Part shown: positions 13,201 to 28,200 of the stretch, one piece after another
How positions within the stretch are numbered: position 1 is the first letter of the stretch
Layout of the letters: the number at the start of each line of letters is the position of its first letter
Assembly (NCBI GenBank): GCA_965285935.1
Contig: OZ260666.1
Span: 62,062,001-62,126,000 of the forward strand
DNA length: 64,000 nucleotides
DNA from: Ophelia neglecta
Lineage: Eukaryota
Direction of reading: 5' to 3'
Notes under the pieces: model-generated
The model's input: the letters and a program-made list of their open reading frames with translations, nothing else
Database searches by the model: none
What the model was told of the DNA's origin: nothing
Made by a program: the position numbers and the translations under genes

Positions 13201-16200
13201 GGGAACATTGGAAACACTGGTAGTTTCCAATGGCATAACAGACTTATTGTAAGTTAGTTCAGAGAATCCAGAGAAGCTTTGGCTTTGGAAAATAGAACTA
13301 CTGAGGTCTGGGGGGAGAAAGTTAGTTTGGCTTTTGTTAGAAAAAAGGTCTGTACTGACTAAATTGGACGGAGTTTTACTACTTGCAGCAATACTTGTTA
13401 TATGATCAGTGGAAGAAAGAGGCACAAGACTAAAACTTTGCTGTAATAGAGACAATGTGCTTTTGCTAAGTGACATGGTACTTTGAAATAATGAATTATT
13501 GCTTGAAAAGGGAGGCCTAGAAATTAAATCTACGGCTGAAGACAGGGAGAATAGGATATTGTTTAATACTGTTGAATTTGAAACTGAAAATAAGGACAAA
13601 TTAGCATTTACAGGCGCAGTAATGGAAAAGTTTTCAGTAGATAGTAACTGAGTCAAGCTATCTGTTTTAAACATAGCATTTGTATCCACAGCAGTCGAAT
13701 ACATTGACCTGCTAGTATAAGGTAAAGTGCGTAAAGTATTAAGTGTAGGGATAAATTCAGATCTGTCGTTGGGTAACATTAAAAGACTATCTACTGACGA
13801 TAAAATGGAAGGAATTGTATAAGGGCTTCCACTGGCTAACTTCGAACGCCTGTTCATTGGAAGGGAATAGTCAGGGCTTGTACTTGGTAATGGGGGTAGA
13901 TTGGTTCCTAAGGGGGAATAATCCGGATTAATAGTTTGCAAAACAGTTTGGTTCTCCACTAAAGTGGGGTGGTTAGGGCTCATATTGGACACAATAGAAA
14001 GACTGTCTGCTGAAGGGGATAAGTTAGTGGTGGTACTGGGCAATGCAGAAAAGTTATCTACTGAAGTGCCATAGTAAGGGATAGTGGTGGGTAACACAGA
14101 AAATGAATATACCAATGGGATATTTGTTGACATACCATTATTTTTTTCTGTCTCAGATGATTTAAAAGCGGCTGGGAAAGCTGTTTCACTGACACGTTTT
14201 ACTTCTGACTTACTCATTATTGGAGGGGCTAAATTCCACGAGCTTCTGTCAATTAATGATGGATTGGAGAGACTGACACTTTGGGTTGCACTGGGAGAGA
14301 ATAGTGGACTCTCAGACGGAAATGCCACTAATACACTTTCCTTGTTAAAGGAATTCATCTGGTTATCACCCGATGAATTCATATATACATCACTTTGGGC
14401 TGAGGAGATGGGAAAACCATCACTTTTAGGTTTTACATCAGAAGAATTGGCCCCAAGTGGTGATCGATGAGAAAATAGATTGTTTTTCAAATAGATGGAA
14501 CTAGAATCTGGAACTACTGTATTGCTCAAACGACCAGTGGATGGCTCAAACATGTTCACACTTGGTGAACTGTGAAGCAAACTATAGCTTTTGGAATTCC
14601 CCATGACGGATGCAAATACAAACAAGCTATCCCCAGGTGCAGAATTGGTAGTTAAACTACTAGCTTCTAAATACATATTGCTATTTACATCACTGGGAAA
14701 GGTTGGAATGCTATATCTCCAACTGGGTTGCTCATCTGAGAGAACAAAGCTGTCTGTTTGGATATTTAAACTGGTACGGATTTCCACAGAATGAATTAAT
14801 GGCAATTTGGTTTCAATTCTTATTGGTTGAGATATAATACTAGAAGATCTAGTCTCAAGTGTAAAGCTTTCTGATTCGGACAGTAAAATCGAATTGTACT
14901 CAGTTGAGTGAGTCATTGATGATGGGAGTACGCTTGTAGCTGACAAAGATGGATAATGTTCATCTGGGAACAAAAAGCTAGTCATGGATTCACTGTGCAA
15001 AAGAGGAGTTGTGTTATCACTAGTTGAAGAAGACATTCCATTAGGTAGTTTGTAAGATGATGACACAACTTCTCTTTGAAAGGGAGACGAGGCACTTATC
15101 TCACTCGATTTTAGAATGCTTAGGATGGATTCAGTGTTTAGGATTGTTGATGTTAGGCTTGGTTCAAGTAAGCTAAACCCACTATTACTCCACTGAGAAG
15201 TCATATGTGGAATATTAGTTGAATTAATAGCCTTAGCTGTGTCATACTGTGAGCTATCAGACTCAACATCGGCAAAGGAAGGACTTGGCATCCTGGTATT
15301 AAGAGAAATTCGAGATGCCAAACGTTCACTATGATGGGAGGAACGCAAGGCGCTATTCTCTACTAATTGTGAATAGTTATGTTGGCCACCATTCAGGGTG
15401 GGAGGGATTTCGCTGGATATGTGGTGATCAGAAGTCTCCAGGTCATTCAAAGACGTGGAAAGTATTGCAGGTGAAATTGGTTTGGTAACTGACGACTGTA
15501 TCACTTTGGTACTAGAAGAACTAGAAGAACCTAGAAGATGCATGCTTTCACGCTTCTCTTTGGTGCTTGAAGTTACAGACAAATCAAATTTTGGTGGGAC
15601 TGGAACAGCTCCTTTTGATATGCTGAACTGTATAAAGCGTTTAGTACGGTCAACACTTTTAATGATGGGAAAAACAGATTGACTTGCCGCAGTGTGTCTA
15701 TTTTCTCTGTGCGTTGAAAGTTTGTTGTTTTGTGTAGAAGACCGTGAATACATGTTTGTTGGAGTCCCAATAGGTGATGTTATCAAGGTCTCTGGAGAGG
15801 TGGGGAGTGGAGGAGTTTTGGTTGACGACAATTGGTAAAAACCTGCAGTTCCTTGTATGGACTGTGAAACAACGGAATCATTTACACCGACGGTTCTCAA
15901 AACAAACTTTTGAGATGATGCTGATGATACCAAACTTGCTATGGCCAAAGATAGTAATGTCATTCTACTAGAAGTGGAACTACCAGCCCAACTCAAACCA
16001 TGTGATTTGGAGCTTGCAATACCCAGAAGACCAGTGGAGAGGATAGGGATCAAATTGGAACGCGGGTCCCACATAGAAGACTCACCCCATGAAGAACTAC
16101 TCAGGATCAGTTGCGATTTGCCAAGTTGAGGTAGGCCTTGTATGTCCGTAAATATTGGATTGATATCGCTAAAGAAATCATCGAATGCTGAAGTCTTTGG

Positions 16201-19200
16201 CGCCAACTTAGTTGACGCTGAAAGAAGGGAACCATATGGTGAGGGCAGGTGCTCTTGTACATAATCGCTGACAATCTTTGACATCATCCTGGAGAGGTAT
16301 CTACTATCTGCCAAATTGAAATGATTTTGTGATTTATGTGTGCCAACAGTACGGGGCTTATTGTTGCTTAAGTATGTTACAGAAGGCCACAGGGTATTTG
16401 GCGGTTTTTTACTATGCCAGTTTGGCAAGGATACGAAATTATATCCACTTGCTAAAAACCCAGAGATTTTCGTGGTGGGTATATCAGAAATGCTATATTG
16501 ATCCGTCTCACTGTGCTTTGCATCATCGTACATACTAAAGAGCACTGGTTTAGAAGTAAACGACCCTTCACTCCATATGTCTCCACGTGAATCAGTTACA
16601 AATGTTGCAAGTAGTATAGACATGGTGCCAAGAGGGGCAGATTGATGCATTATACTAGATTTGGATGATGGTAACTTTTTAATTGAACTGTATGCGTATA
16701 CTTCACTAGATTTGCGCGGCCGAAAACCATTTAAGACAGGTCTGGATGGATGTTTTATTCCGGTTTGTGTTGCCTCCATACCACCAACGGGTCGTATACT
16801 AGACTGTGTTACTGTCTTGCTCTCAATGAGCCAGGACGCGGAGGCATTAATGAATTGGGTTGATGATATATTTATAACAATTCCAGATGGGGTTACCATA
16901 GCGGATTGTGACGGGCCATGACGTAGGTCGAGGCTAGATGTGAACTCCCAACTCTCTGGAAACGACGTAAATTTTTCACTCTGAAATAATGATATCATGA
17001 AATCTTTGGAAGGGAGACTGGATTTTTCGTGAAGTTGGAAATGAACATTTGAGGGACTATCGCGTAGAAAAGCTGATGCTGTACCGCTAGACAGAGTAGA
17101 CATGGGAATGCCATCAGATATACTTGTAAAAACTAGTACGCCTTCACCTGGAAACACAATTATGCTATCATTCGAAGTGAGAAGGTCTGACACGTAGTCA
17201 TTCAGAGTTGGAGACAGTGACATGTTGTTATTAAATTTGGACAATAATGTTGGAGCAATATTTAAGACATCAGATGCAGCATTGCTAACAATTGGATTAC
17301 CAAAACTGCTAGCTGGTAACGAAGGCGCAAAGGTCATGAAATTAGTTAGGTCAGAAAAATTATTACTAGAAGTGGGAATTATGGCCATGGTTATAGCTGT
17401 CACATCGGTAGAAAGAAAGTCATTGTTTCTTGATGAGAGGAAACTTAACTCAGTCTCAGACCCATTGGAAACTGTGGCCAGCATCATTGATAGAATATCA
17501 AAGATTGGATCCTTGTAAATTGAAAACGTCTCATTTAATATAGGTAAGTTTGACAGACTTCGGCCTATTGTGTAAACCAAAGACTGACTGTGCAAAGTAG
17601 GAATCAAATCACTTTTCATTCGAGAGGGAGAAAAGGGCATGCTTTCACTATCCACAAAACTTTCATAAGGCAATAGATATTTAGATGTACTGCTGCCTGA
17701 AATACCAGCCAATGTATTACTCGGAGCTACTGGCATAATCAAATTCGTTGATAGGGGAGTGAATAGACTGTTACGTCGAGTCAGATTATTAAAGAAAATA
17801 TCGCTTTGAAAACCTGAAACCCTACTGCCAGAAAGAGGATATAATGATATGTTATCAGGCATGGTCGGAAAACTTGTAATGTCTCTTTTTTTAAAGGTCA
17901 TTGTGCTCTCATCTGAAAATATCAGGTTTGACCTATCATCCCTCAAAGGTGGAGCGAGCAACATTCTGTCATTTAATGTTGACAATAAAGAAGGAGCAAT
18001 ATTTGAGAGAAGTGATGCAGTATTTCTAAATGTTGGAAAAGCTGGAAGGCTAGTTTTTATTGAAGGGACAAACAGCATGATTTTATTTGATTCTGCTAAT
18101 AATCTATAGCTATAAGTCACACTGGGAGAAAGGGAATCGATGTCCATTGATAATTGGAAACTGGACAGAGTCTCAAATCCAAGCGAATTTTCTCCAATCA
18201 CATCCAATAACGAATGGATATTCCTTGTTAAAATCAAATAACTTTCCATTGGTGTGGGGGAAATCGGCATTTGTTCACTATACACGTTCACTCTTGAAAT
18301 CTGAAAGTTGGAGAAACTTTCTTGCATAGGGTCCCCCAACGATTGATCATCACTTGGTGATATCAAATAACTTTCACTTTCAGTTGGTAAAATCGACAAG
18401 ATGTAACTGTCAACCAAACTATCATAAGGCATTGGAGATATAGCAGTAATGCCATTTGGAAAGCCTTTAAATGTTTCTATTCGATAAAATGACATGATGA
18501 CATTTTCTGAAGGGTGAATTGATGAACTTTCAAGTTGTGTAGGAACATTTAGGTCACTATTAATTGGAAAAACTGATAAATAACTGCCAGACAGTGGAAA
18601 TGTGGACGTGCTATAAGATGAAGTTGGTGAAACTGTGAAGCTTTCTCTTTGAAATGTCATTGTGCTATCATGGGAGTTGACCAGTTCTGACATATAATCA
18701 CTTACAGTTGGAGACAGTAACCTGCTGTCATAAATTGTTGACAATAAAGGTGGATTAACACTTGAGAAAACTGATGTAGAATTCCCAACAGATGGAAAAG
18801 CAGACAGGATGTCACTAAATGAAGATACCAATGGCATGTTATTACTTGTGTCTATTGGAAAGCTCTTATTAGAAGTGGGAAGTGTGGTCATCATTTTATA
18901 TGTCACATTGGAAGAAAGGAAGTGGCTGTCATTTGATGAAGGGAATTGAGTCTCAAAACTAGAAACTGTAGGCAAAATCATTGAAGCTAAACTGAGGCTG
19001 GGACCTGGAGACATTGACTTTATCTCATTTGAAATAGGAAAGCTTGACAGACCTTCGTTTATAGGATCAGTCAATGACTTACCATAGCTTGGTGAAATCA
19101 AATAGCTTTCTATTTGGGTGGGAAAAATCACAATACTTTCACTGTAGACTAAACTGTCATAAGTTATTGTCAGTTTAGCAATACTGCTATCTGAAAGACC

Positions 19201-22200
19201 TGTCATTGTTTCACGCAAAAGTAACGGCACACTACTACTTTCTATAGGGAGAGTATATTGACTCTCATGCTGTGCTGGAAAATTTGAGAGTCTGTTTATT
19301 GAAAAATCTGACATGCTACCATTAGACATAGGAAATGTGGACATGCTATCAGATATAATAGTTGAAACTGACCTGCCTTCACTAGGAAATGTCACGGTGC
19401 CATCATCTGAAGTGGGCAGGTTCTTAGTTGGAGACGTGGACACACTGCCATTAAATGTCGGTAATAAAGTGGGAGCCGAATTTGAGAGAATTGAGAGGGT
19501 ACTGCTAACAGTTGGAAAAGCAGCAGACAGGCTATCACTAAAGGAAGCCATCATCAAATGCATGCTATCACTTAGCTCTATCGAAAAGTTTTTGCTAGAC
19601 GTGGGAAGTAAGGTCATTATTGCATCTGTCACATTAGGAGAAGGAAGGTGGTTATCCTTTGATGAAGAAATGCTCATGCTATCTTTGGATTCTGCTGAAA
19701 AACTTTTACTAGACATAGGGATTATGGTTTTATATGTCACACTGGAGGCAAGAAGTTGGTTATCATTTGATGAAGGAAAACTGAGAAGAGTCTCCAGTGC
19801 AGGGGAAACTGTGGACAGGATCATTGATGTCAATTGGATGCGTGAATCTGGAAATAATGACATTCTATCATTTGAAATATCAATATTGGACAGATTCTGT
19901 TTTCTTGAACCCGAGAATGACTGGCTATACTGAGGCGAAATCAAATAATTAGTTCTTTGCGCTGGGAAAATTGGTGTGCTGCCTCTAACACCTAAACGAT
20001 TACTAGGCATTAGAAATGTATATGCTAGAAGTGATTTGCTGTTTTTATCAGTATGTAAGGCATGGATGCTTTCACTCATTGAAGGTGACAATGTTAAGAC
20101 TTCCCTTGGATGCTTGGAAAAGCTATAACTGGCAGTTGCGTGTAGGGTCATCATTGTATCTGTTGCATTTGAGGAAAGAAAAATACTGTTGTCTGATGAG
20201 AACACCAACTTTAGACTCTCACTTGGCATAAGTGGTGTGTTTTCAATAACTATGGGGAACAATGATGAACTGTGTTTTTTAAACTGTAATACAGATGAGC
20301 TATGTATTGGAACTTTGTGAACATTGGAAACACTGGTAGTTTCCAATGGCATAACAGACTTATTGTAATTTAGTTCAGAGAATCCAGAGAAGCTTTGGCT
20401 TTGGAAAATAGAACTACTGAGGTCTGGGGGGAGAAAGTTAGTTTGGTTTTTGTTAGATGTAGCAGTGGAAGAAAGAGGCACAAGACTTAAACTCTGCTGT
20501 AATACAGACAATGTGCTTTGGCTAAGTGACATGGTACTTTGAAATAATGAATTATTGCTTGAAAAGGGAGGCCTAGAAATTAAATCTACGGCTGAAGACA
20601 GGGAGAATAGGATATTGTTTAATACTGTTGAATTTGAAACTGAAAATAAGGACAAATTAGCATTTACTGGCGCAGTAATGGAAAAGTTTTCAGTAGATAG
20701 TAACTGAGTCAAGCTATCTGTTTTAAACATAGCATTTGTATCCACAGCAGTCGAATACATTGACCTGCTAGTATAAGGTAAAGTGGGTAAAGTATTAAGT
20801 GTAGGGATAAATTCAGATCTGTCGTTGGGTAACATTAAAAGACTATCTACTGACGATAAAATGGAAGGGCTTCCACTGGCTAACTTCGAACGCCTGTTTA
20901 TTGGACGGGAATAGTCAGGGCTTGTACTTGGTAATGGGGGCAGATTGGTTCCTAAGGGGGAATAATCCGGATTAATAGTTTGCAAAACAGTTTGGTTCTC
21001 CACTAAAGTGGGGTGGTGAGGGCTCATATTGGACACAATAGAAAGACTGTCTGCTGAAGGGGATAAGTTAGTGGTGGTACTGGGCAATGCAGAAAAGTTA
21101 TCTACTGAAGTGCCATAGTAAGGGATAGTGGTGGGTAATGCAGAAAATGAATGTACCAATGGGATATTGGTTGACATACCATTATTTTTTTCTGTCTTAG
21201 ATGATTTAAAAGCGGCTGGGAAAGCTGTTTCACTGACACTTTTTACTTCTGACTTACTCATTATTGGATGGGCTAAATTCCACGAGCTTCTGTCAATTAA
21301 TGATGGATTGGAGAGACTGACACTTTGTGTTGCACTGGGAGAGAAACGTGGACTCTCAGACGGAAATGCCACTAATAAACTTTCCTTGTTAAAGGAATTC
21401 ATCTGGTTATCACCCGATGAATTCATATATACATCACTTTGGGCTGAGGAGATGGGAAAACCATCACTTTTAGGTTTTAAATCAGAAAAATTTGCTCCAA
21501 CTGGTGATCGATGAGAAAATAGATTGCTTTTCAAATAGATTGAACTAGAACCTGGAACTACTGTATTGCTCAAACGACCAGTGGATGGCTCAAACATGTT
21601 CATACTTGGTGAAATGTGAAGCAAACTATAGCTTTTGGAATTCCCCATGACGGATGCAAATACAAACAAGTTATCCCAAGGTGCAGAATTGGTAGTTAAA
21701 CTACTAGCTTCTAAATACATATTGCTATTTACATCACTGGGAAAAGTTGAAATGCTATGACTCCAACTGGGTTGCTCATCTGAGAGAACAAAGCTGTCTG
21801 TTTGGATATTTAAACTGGTACTGATTTCTACAGAATGAATGAATGGCAATTTGGTTTCAATTCTTATTGGTTGAGATATAATACTAGAAGATCTAGTCTC
21901 AAGTGTAAAGCTTTCTGATTCGGACAGTAAAATCGAATTGTACTCAGTTGAGTGAGTCATTGGTGATGGGAGTACGCTTGTAGCTGACAAAGATTGATAA
22001 TGCTCATCTGGTAACAAAAAGCTAGTCATGGATTCACTGTCCAAAAGAGGAGTTGTGTTATCACTAGTTGAAGAAGACATTGCTTTGATGGCTTGACTTA
22101 GTTGAAGATCGTCTGAAAGTGAGTCTCGCGGATTGAGTGACAAACCATTAGGTAGTTTGTAAGATGGTGACACAACTTCACTTTGAAAGGAAGTCGAGGC

Positions 22201-25200
22201 ACTTATCTTACTCGATTTTAGAATGTTTTGGATAGATTCAGTGTTTATGATTGTTGATGATAGGCTTGGTTCAAGTAAGCTGGGCCCACTATTAGTCGAT
22301 TGAGAAGTCATATGTGGAATGTTAGTTGAATTAATAGCCTTAGCTGTGTCATACTGTGAGCTATCAGACCCACCGTCGGCAAAGGAAGGACTTGGCATCC
22401 TGGTATTAAGAGAAATTCGAGATGCCAAACGTTCACTATGATGTGAGGAATGCAAGGCCCTATTATCTACCAATTGTGAAGAGTCATGTAGGCCACCGTT
22501 CAGGGTGGAAGGGATTTCGCTGGATATGTGATGATCAGACGTCTCCAGGTCATTGAAAGACGTTGAAAGTATTGCAGGTGAAATTGGTTTGGTAACTGAC
22601 GACTGTATCACTTTGGTACTAGAAGAACTAGAAGAACCTAGAAGATGCATGCTTTCACGCTTCTCTTTGGTGATAGAAGTTACAGACAAATCAAATATTG
22701 GTAGGACTGGAACAGCTCCTCTTGATAAGCTGAACTGTATAAAGGGTTTGGTACGGTCGACACTTTTAGTGATGGGAAACACAGACTGACCTGCTGCAGT
22801 GTGTCTACTTTCACTGAGTGTTGAAAGTTTCTTGTTTTGTGAAGGAGACCGTGAAAACATGTTTGTTGGCGTCCCAATAGGTGATGTTATCAAGGTCTCT
22901 GGAGAGGTGGGGAGAGGAGGGGTTCTAGTGGACGACAATTGGTAAAAACCTGCAGTTCCTTGTATGGACTGTGAAACAACGGAATCATTTACACCGACGG
23001 TTCTCAAAACAAACTTTTGAGATGATGCTGATGATACCAAACTTGCTATGGCCAAAGATAGTAATGTCATTCTACTAGAAGTTGAACTACCAGCGCAACT
23101 CAAACCATGTGATTTGGAGCTTGCAATACCCAGAAGACCAGTGGAGAGCATAGGGATCAAACTGGAACGCGGGTCCCACATAGAAGACTCACCCCATGAA
23201 GAACTACTCAGGATCAGTTGCGATTTGCCAAGTTGAGGTAGGCCTTGTATGTCCGTAAATATTGGATTGATATCGCTAAAGAAATCAACGAATGCTGAAG
23301 TCTTTGGCGCCAACTTAGTTGACGCTGAAAAAAGGGAATCATATGGTGAGGGCAGGTGCTTTTGTACATAATCGCTGACATTCTTTGACATCATCCTGGT
23401 AAGGTATCTACTATCTGCTAAATTGAAATGATTCTGTGATTTATGTGTGCCAACAGTAAGGGGTTTATTGTTGCTTAAATATGTTACATAAGGCCACAGG
23501 GTATTTGTAGGTTTTTTACTATGCCAGTTTGGCATTGATACGAATTTATATCCACTTGCTAAAAACCCAGAGATTTTCCTGGTGGGTATATCAGAAATGC
23601 TATATTGACCCGTCTCACTTTGCTTTGCATCATCGTACATACTAAAGAGCACTGGTTTAGAAGTATACGACCCTTCACTCCATATGTCTCTACGTGAATC
23701 AGTTACAACTGTTGCAAGTAGTATAGAGATGGTGCCATGAGGGGCAGATTGATGCATTATACTAGATTTGGATGATGGTACCTTTTTAATTGAACTGTAT
23801 GGGTATACTTCCCTGGATTTGCGCGGCCGAAAATCATTTAAGACAGGGCTGGATGGATGTTTTATTCCGGTTTGTGTTGCCTCCATACCACTAACGGGTC
23901 GTATACTAGACTGTGATGCTGTCTTGCTCTTAATAAGCCAGGACGCGGAGGCATTACTGAATTGGGTTGATGATATATTTATAACAATTCCAGATGGGGT
24001 TTCCATATCGGATTGTGACGGTCCCTGAAGTAGGTATGACGTGAACTCCCAACTCTCTAGAAACGCCGTGAATTTTTCACTCGGAAATAATGACATTAAT
24101 AAATTTTCGGAAGGGAGACTGGATATTCCGTGAAATTGGAAATGAACATTTGAGGGACTATCACGAAGAAAAGCTGATGCTGTACCGCTAGACAGAGTAG
24201 ACATGGGAATGCCATCAGATATACTTGTAAAAACTGGTACGCCTTCACCTGGAAACACCATTATGTTATCATTCGAAATGAGAAGGTCTGACACGTAATC
24301 ATTCACAGTTGGAGACAGTGACATGCTGTTATTAAATTTGGACAATAATGTTGGAGCAATATTTAAGACATCAGATGCAGCATTGCTATCAATTGAATTA
24401 CCATAACTGCTAGCTGGTAAAGAAGGCGCAAAGGTAACGATATTATTTAGGTCGACAGAAAAATTATAACTCGAAGTGGGAGTTATGGCCATGGTCATAA
24501 CTGTCACATCCGTAGAAAGAAAGTCATTGTTTCTTGATGAGAGGTAACTTAACTCAGTCTCAGACCCATTGGAAACTGTGGCCAGCATCATTGATAGAAA
24601 ACCAAAGATGGGATCCTTGTAAATTGAAATCGTCTCATTCAATATAGATAAGTTTGACAGACTTCGGCCTATTGTGTAAACCAAAGACTGACTGTGCATA
24701 GGAGGAATCAAATCACTTTTCATTCGAGAGGGGGAAAAGGACATGCTTTCACTCTCCGCAAAACTTTCATAAGGCAATAGATATTTAGATGTACTGCTGC
24801 CTGATATACCAGCCAATGTATTACTCGGAGCTACTGGCATAATCAAATTCCTTGATAGGGGAGTGAATAGACGAGGCAGATTATTTAAGAAAATATCGCT
24901 TTGAAAACCTGAAACCTTACTGCCAGAAAGAGGATATAATGATATATTATCAGGCATGGTCGGAAAACTTGTAATGTCTCTTTCTTTAAAGGTCATTGTG
25001 CTCTCATCTGAAAATATCAGGTTTGACCTATCATCCCTCAATGGTGGAGCGAGCAACATGCTGTCATTTAATGTTGACAATAAAGAAGGAGCAATATTTG
25101 AGAGAAGTGATGCAGTATTTCTAAATGTTGGAAAAGCTGGAAGGCTAGTTTTTATTGAAGGGACAAACAGCATGATTTTATTCGATTCTGCTAACAATCT

Positions 25201-28200
25201 ATAGCTATAAGTAGGAACTATAGTAACCATTATATCTGTAACACTGGGAGAAAGGGAATCGATGTCCATTGACAATTGGAAACTGGACATAGTCTCAAAT
25301 CCAAGCGAATTTTCTCTGATCGCATCCAATAACGAATGGCTATTCCTTGTTGAAATCAAATAACTTTGAATTGGTGTTGGGGAAATCGGCATTTGTTCAC
25401 TATAAACGTTCTCATTTGAAATCTGAAATTTGGAGAAACTTTCATGTATAAAGTCCACCAACGATTGCTTATCATTTGTTGACATCAAATAAATTTCCCT
25501 TTCAGTTGGTAAAATCGACAAGATGTAACTGTCAACCAAACTATCATAAGGCATTGGAGATATAGCAGTAATGCCATTTTGAAAGCCTGTAATTGTTTCT
25601 ATTGGATAAAATGACATGATGACATTTACTGAAGGGTGAATCAATGAATTTTCAAGTTGTGTAGGAACATTAAAGTGATTGTCAATTGGAAAAGCTGATA
25701 AATAACTGCCAGACAGGGGAAATGTTGACGTGCTATTAGATGAAGTTGGTGAAACTGTGAAGCTTTCTCTTTGAAATGTCATTGTGCTATCATGGGAGTT
25801 GACCAGTTCTGACATATAATCAGTTACAGTTGGAGACAGTAACCTGCTGTCATAAATTGTTGACAATAAAGGTGGATTAACACTTGAGAAAACTGATGTA
25901 GAATTCCCAACAGATGGAAATGCAGCCAGGACGTCACTAAATGAATATACCAATGTCATGTTATTACTTGTGTCTATTGGAAAGCTCTTATTAGAAGTGA
26001 GAAGTGTGGTCATCATTTTATCTGTTACATTGGCAGAAAGGAAGTGGCTGTCATTTGATGAAGGGAATTGAGTCTCAAAACCAGAAACTGTTGGCAAAAT
26101 CATTGAAGCTAAACTGAGGTTGGGATCTGGAGACATTGACTTTATCTCATTTGAAATAAGAAAGCATGACAAACTTTCGTTTGTAGGATCAGTCAATGAC
26201 TTACCATAGCTTGGTGAAATCAAATGACTTTCTATTTGGGTGGGAAAAATCACAATGCTTTCACTGTAGACTAAACCATCATTAGTTATTGTAAGTTTAG
26301 CAATACTGCTATTTGAAATACCTGTCATTGTTTCACTCGAAAATAACGGCACTCTACTACTTTCTATCGGGAAAGTATATTGACTCTCATGCTGTGCTGG
26401 AAAATTTGAGAGACTGTTGATAGATAAAGCTGACACGCTACCATTGGACATAGGAAATGTGGACATGCTATCAGATATGATAGTTGAAACTTCACTTGGA
26501 AATGTTACGGTGACATCATTTGAAGTGGGCAGGTTCTTAGTTGGAGACGTGGACACACTGCCATTAAATGTCGGTAATAAAGTGGGAGCCGAATTTGAGA
26601 GAATTGAGAGGGTACTGCTTACAGTTGGAAAAGCAGCAGACAGGCTATCACTAAAGGAAGCCATCGTCATATGCATGCTATCACTTAGCTCTTTCGAAAA
26701 GTTCTTGCTAGACGTGGGAAGTAAGCTCATTATTGCATTTGCCACATTGGGTAAAGGAAGGTGGTTATCATTTGATGAAGAAATGATCATGCTATCTGTG
26801 GATTCTGCTGAAAAACTCTTACTAGACGTAAGGAGAATGATTTTATACGTCACACTGGAACCAAGAATTTGGATATCATTTGATGAAGGAAAACTGAGAA
26901 GAGTCTCCTGTGCAGGGGAAACTGTGGACAGGATCATTGATGACAATTGGAGGCCTAAATTTGGAACTGATGACATGCTTTCATTTGAAATATCAATGTT
27001 GGTCAGATCCTGTTTTCTTGGACCCGAGAATAACTGGCTATACTGGGGCGAAATCGAATAATTAGTTCTTTGCGTTGGGAAAATTGGTGTGCTGCCTTCA
27101 ACACCTAAACTATTACTTGGCATTAGAAATGCATATGTGAGAAGTGATTCACTGTTTTTATCAGTATTTAAGGCATGAATGCTTTCACTCATTGAAGGTG
27201 ACAATTCCAAGATTTCACTTGGATGCTTGGAAAAGCTATAACTGGCTGTTGCGTGTAGGGTCATCATTGCATCTGTTGCATTTGGGGAAAGAAAAATGCT
27301 ATTGTCTAATGAGAACAGCAACTTTAGACTGTCACTTGGCATAAGTGGTGTGTTTTCATCACCTATGGGGAACAATGATGAACTGTGCATTTTTAACTGT
27401 AACACAGATGAGCTAGGAAATTCTACTTTGGGAACATTGGAAACACTGGTAGTTTCCAATGGCATAACAGACTTATTGAAATTTTGGTCAGAGAATCCAG
27501 GGATACTTTTGCTTTGGAAAATAAAACTACAAAGTTCTGGGGGGAGTAAGTTTGTTTGGTTTTTATTAGATGTAGAAAAAAGTTCTGTACTGACTAAATT
27601 GGACTGATTTATACTACTTGAAGCAATACTAGATATATGATCAGTGGAAGAAAGAGGCACAAGGCTAATACTTTGCTTTAATACAGACAATGTGCTTTGG
27701 CTAAGTGACATGGTACTTTGAAATAATGAGTTGCTTGAAACGGGAGGCCTAGAAATTAAATGTACGGCTGAAGACAAAAAGAATGGGATATTGTTTAATA
27801 CTTTTGAATTTGAAACTGAAAATAAGGACAAATTAGCATCTACAGGCGGAGTAATGGAAAAGTTTTCAGTAGATAGTAACTGAGTTAAGCTATCTGTTTT
27901 AAACATAGCATTTGTATCCACAGCATTCGGATACATTGACCTGCTATTAGGTAAAGTTGGTAAATTGCCTAAAGTATCATTTGCAGAATGGTAAATTGGT
28001 GGAGTCCCATTTGGCAAAATAGTTATGCTATCACTTCCAGAGGGGTACAACAATGAATCAGTCGGAGATACAAAGTCCGAGATGGATTCAGGCCTTATAG
28101 GCGAGTTAGTGATGAGTGAGGCAGAAATAGTATTAAGTGTAGGTATAAATTCAGATCTGTCGTTGGGTAACATAAAAAGACTATCTACTGACGATAAAAT

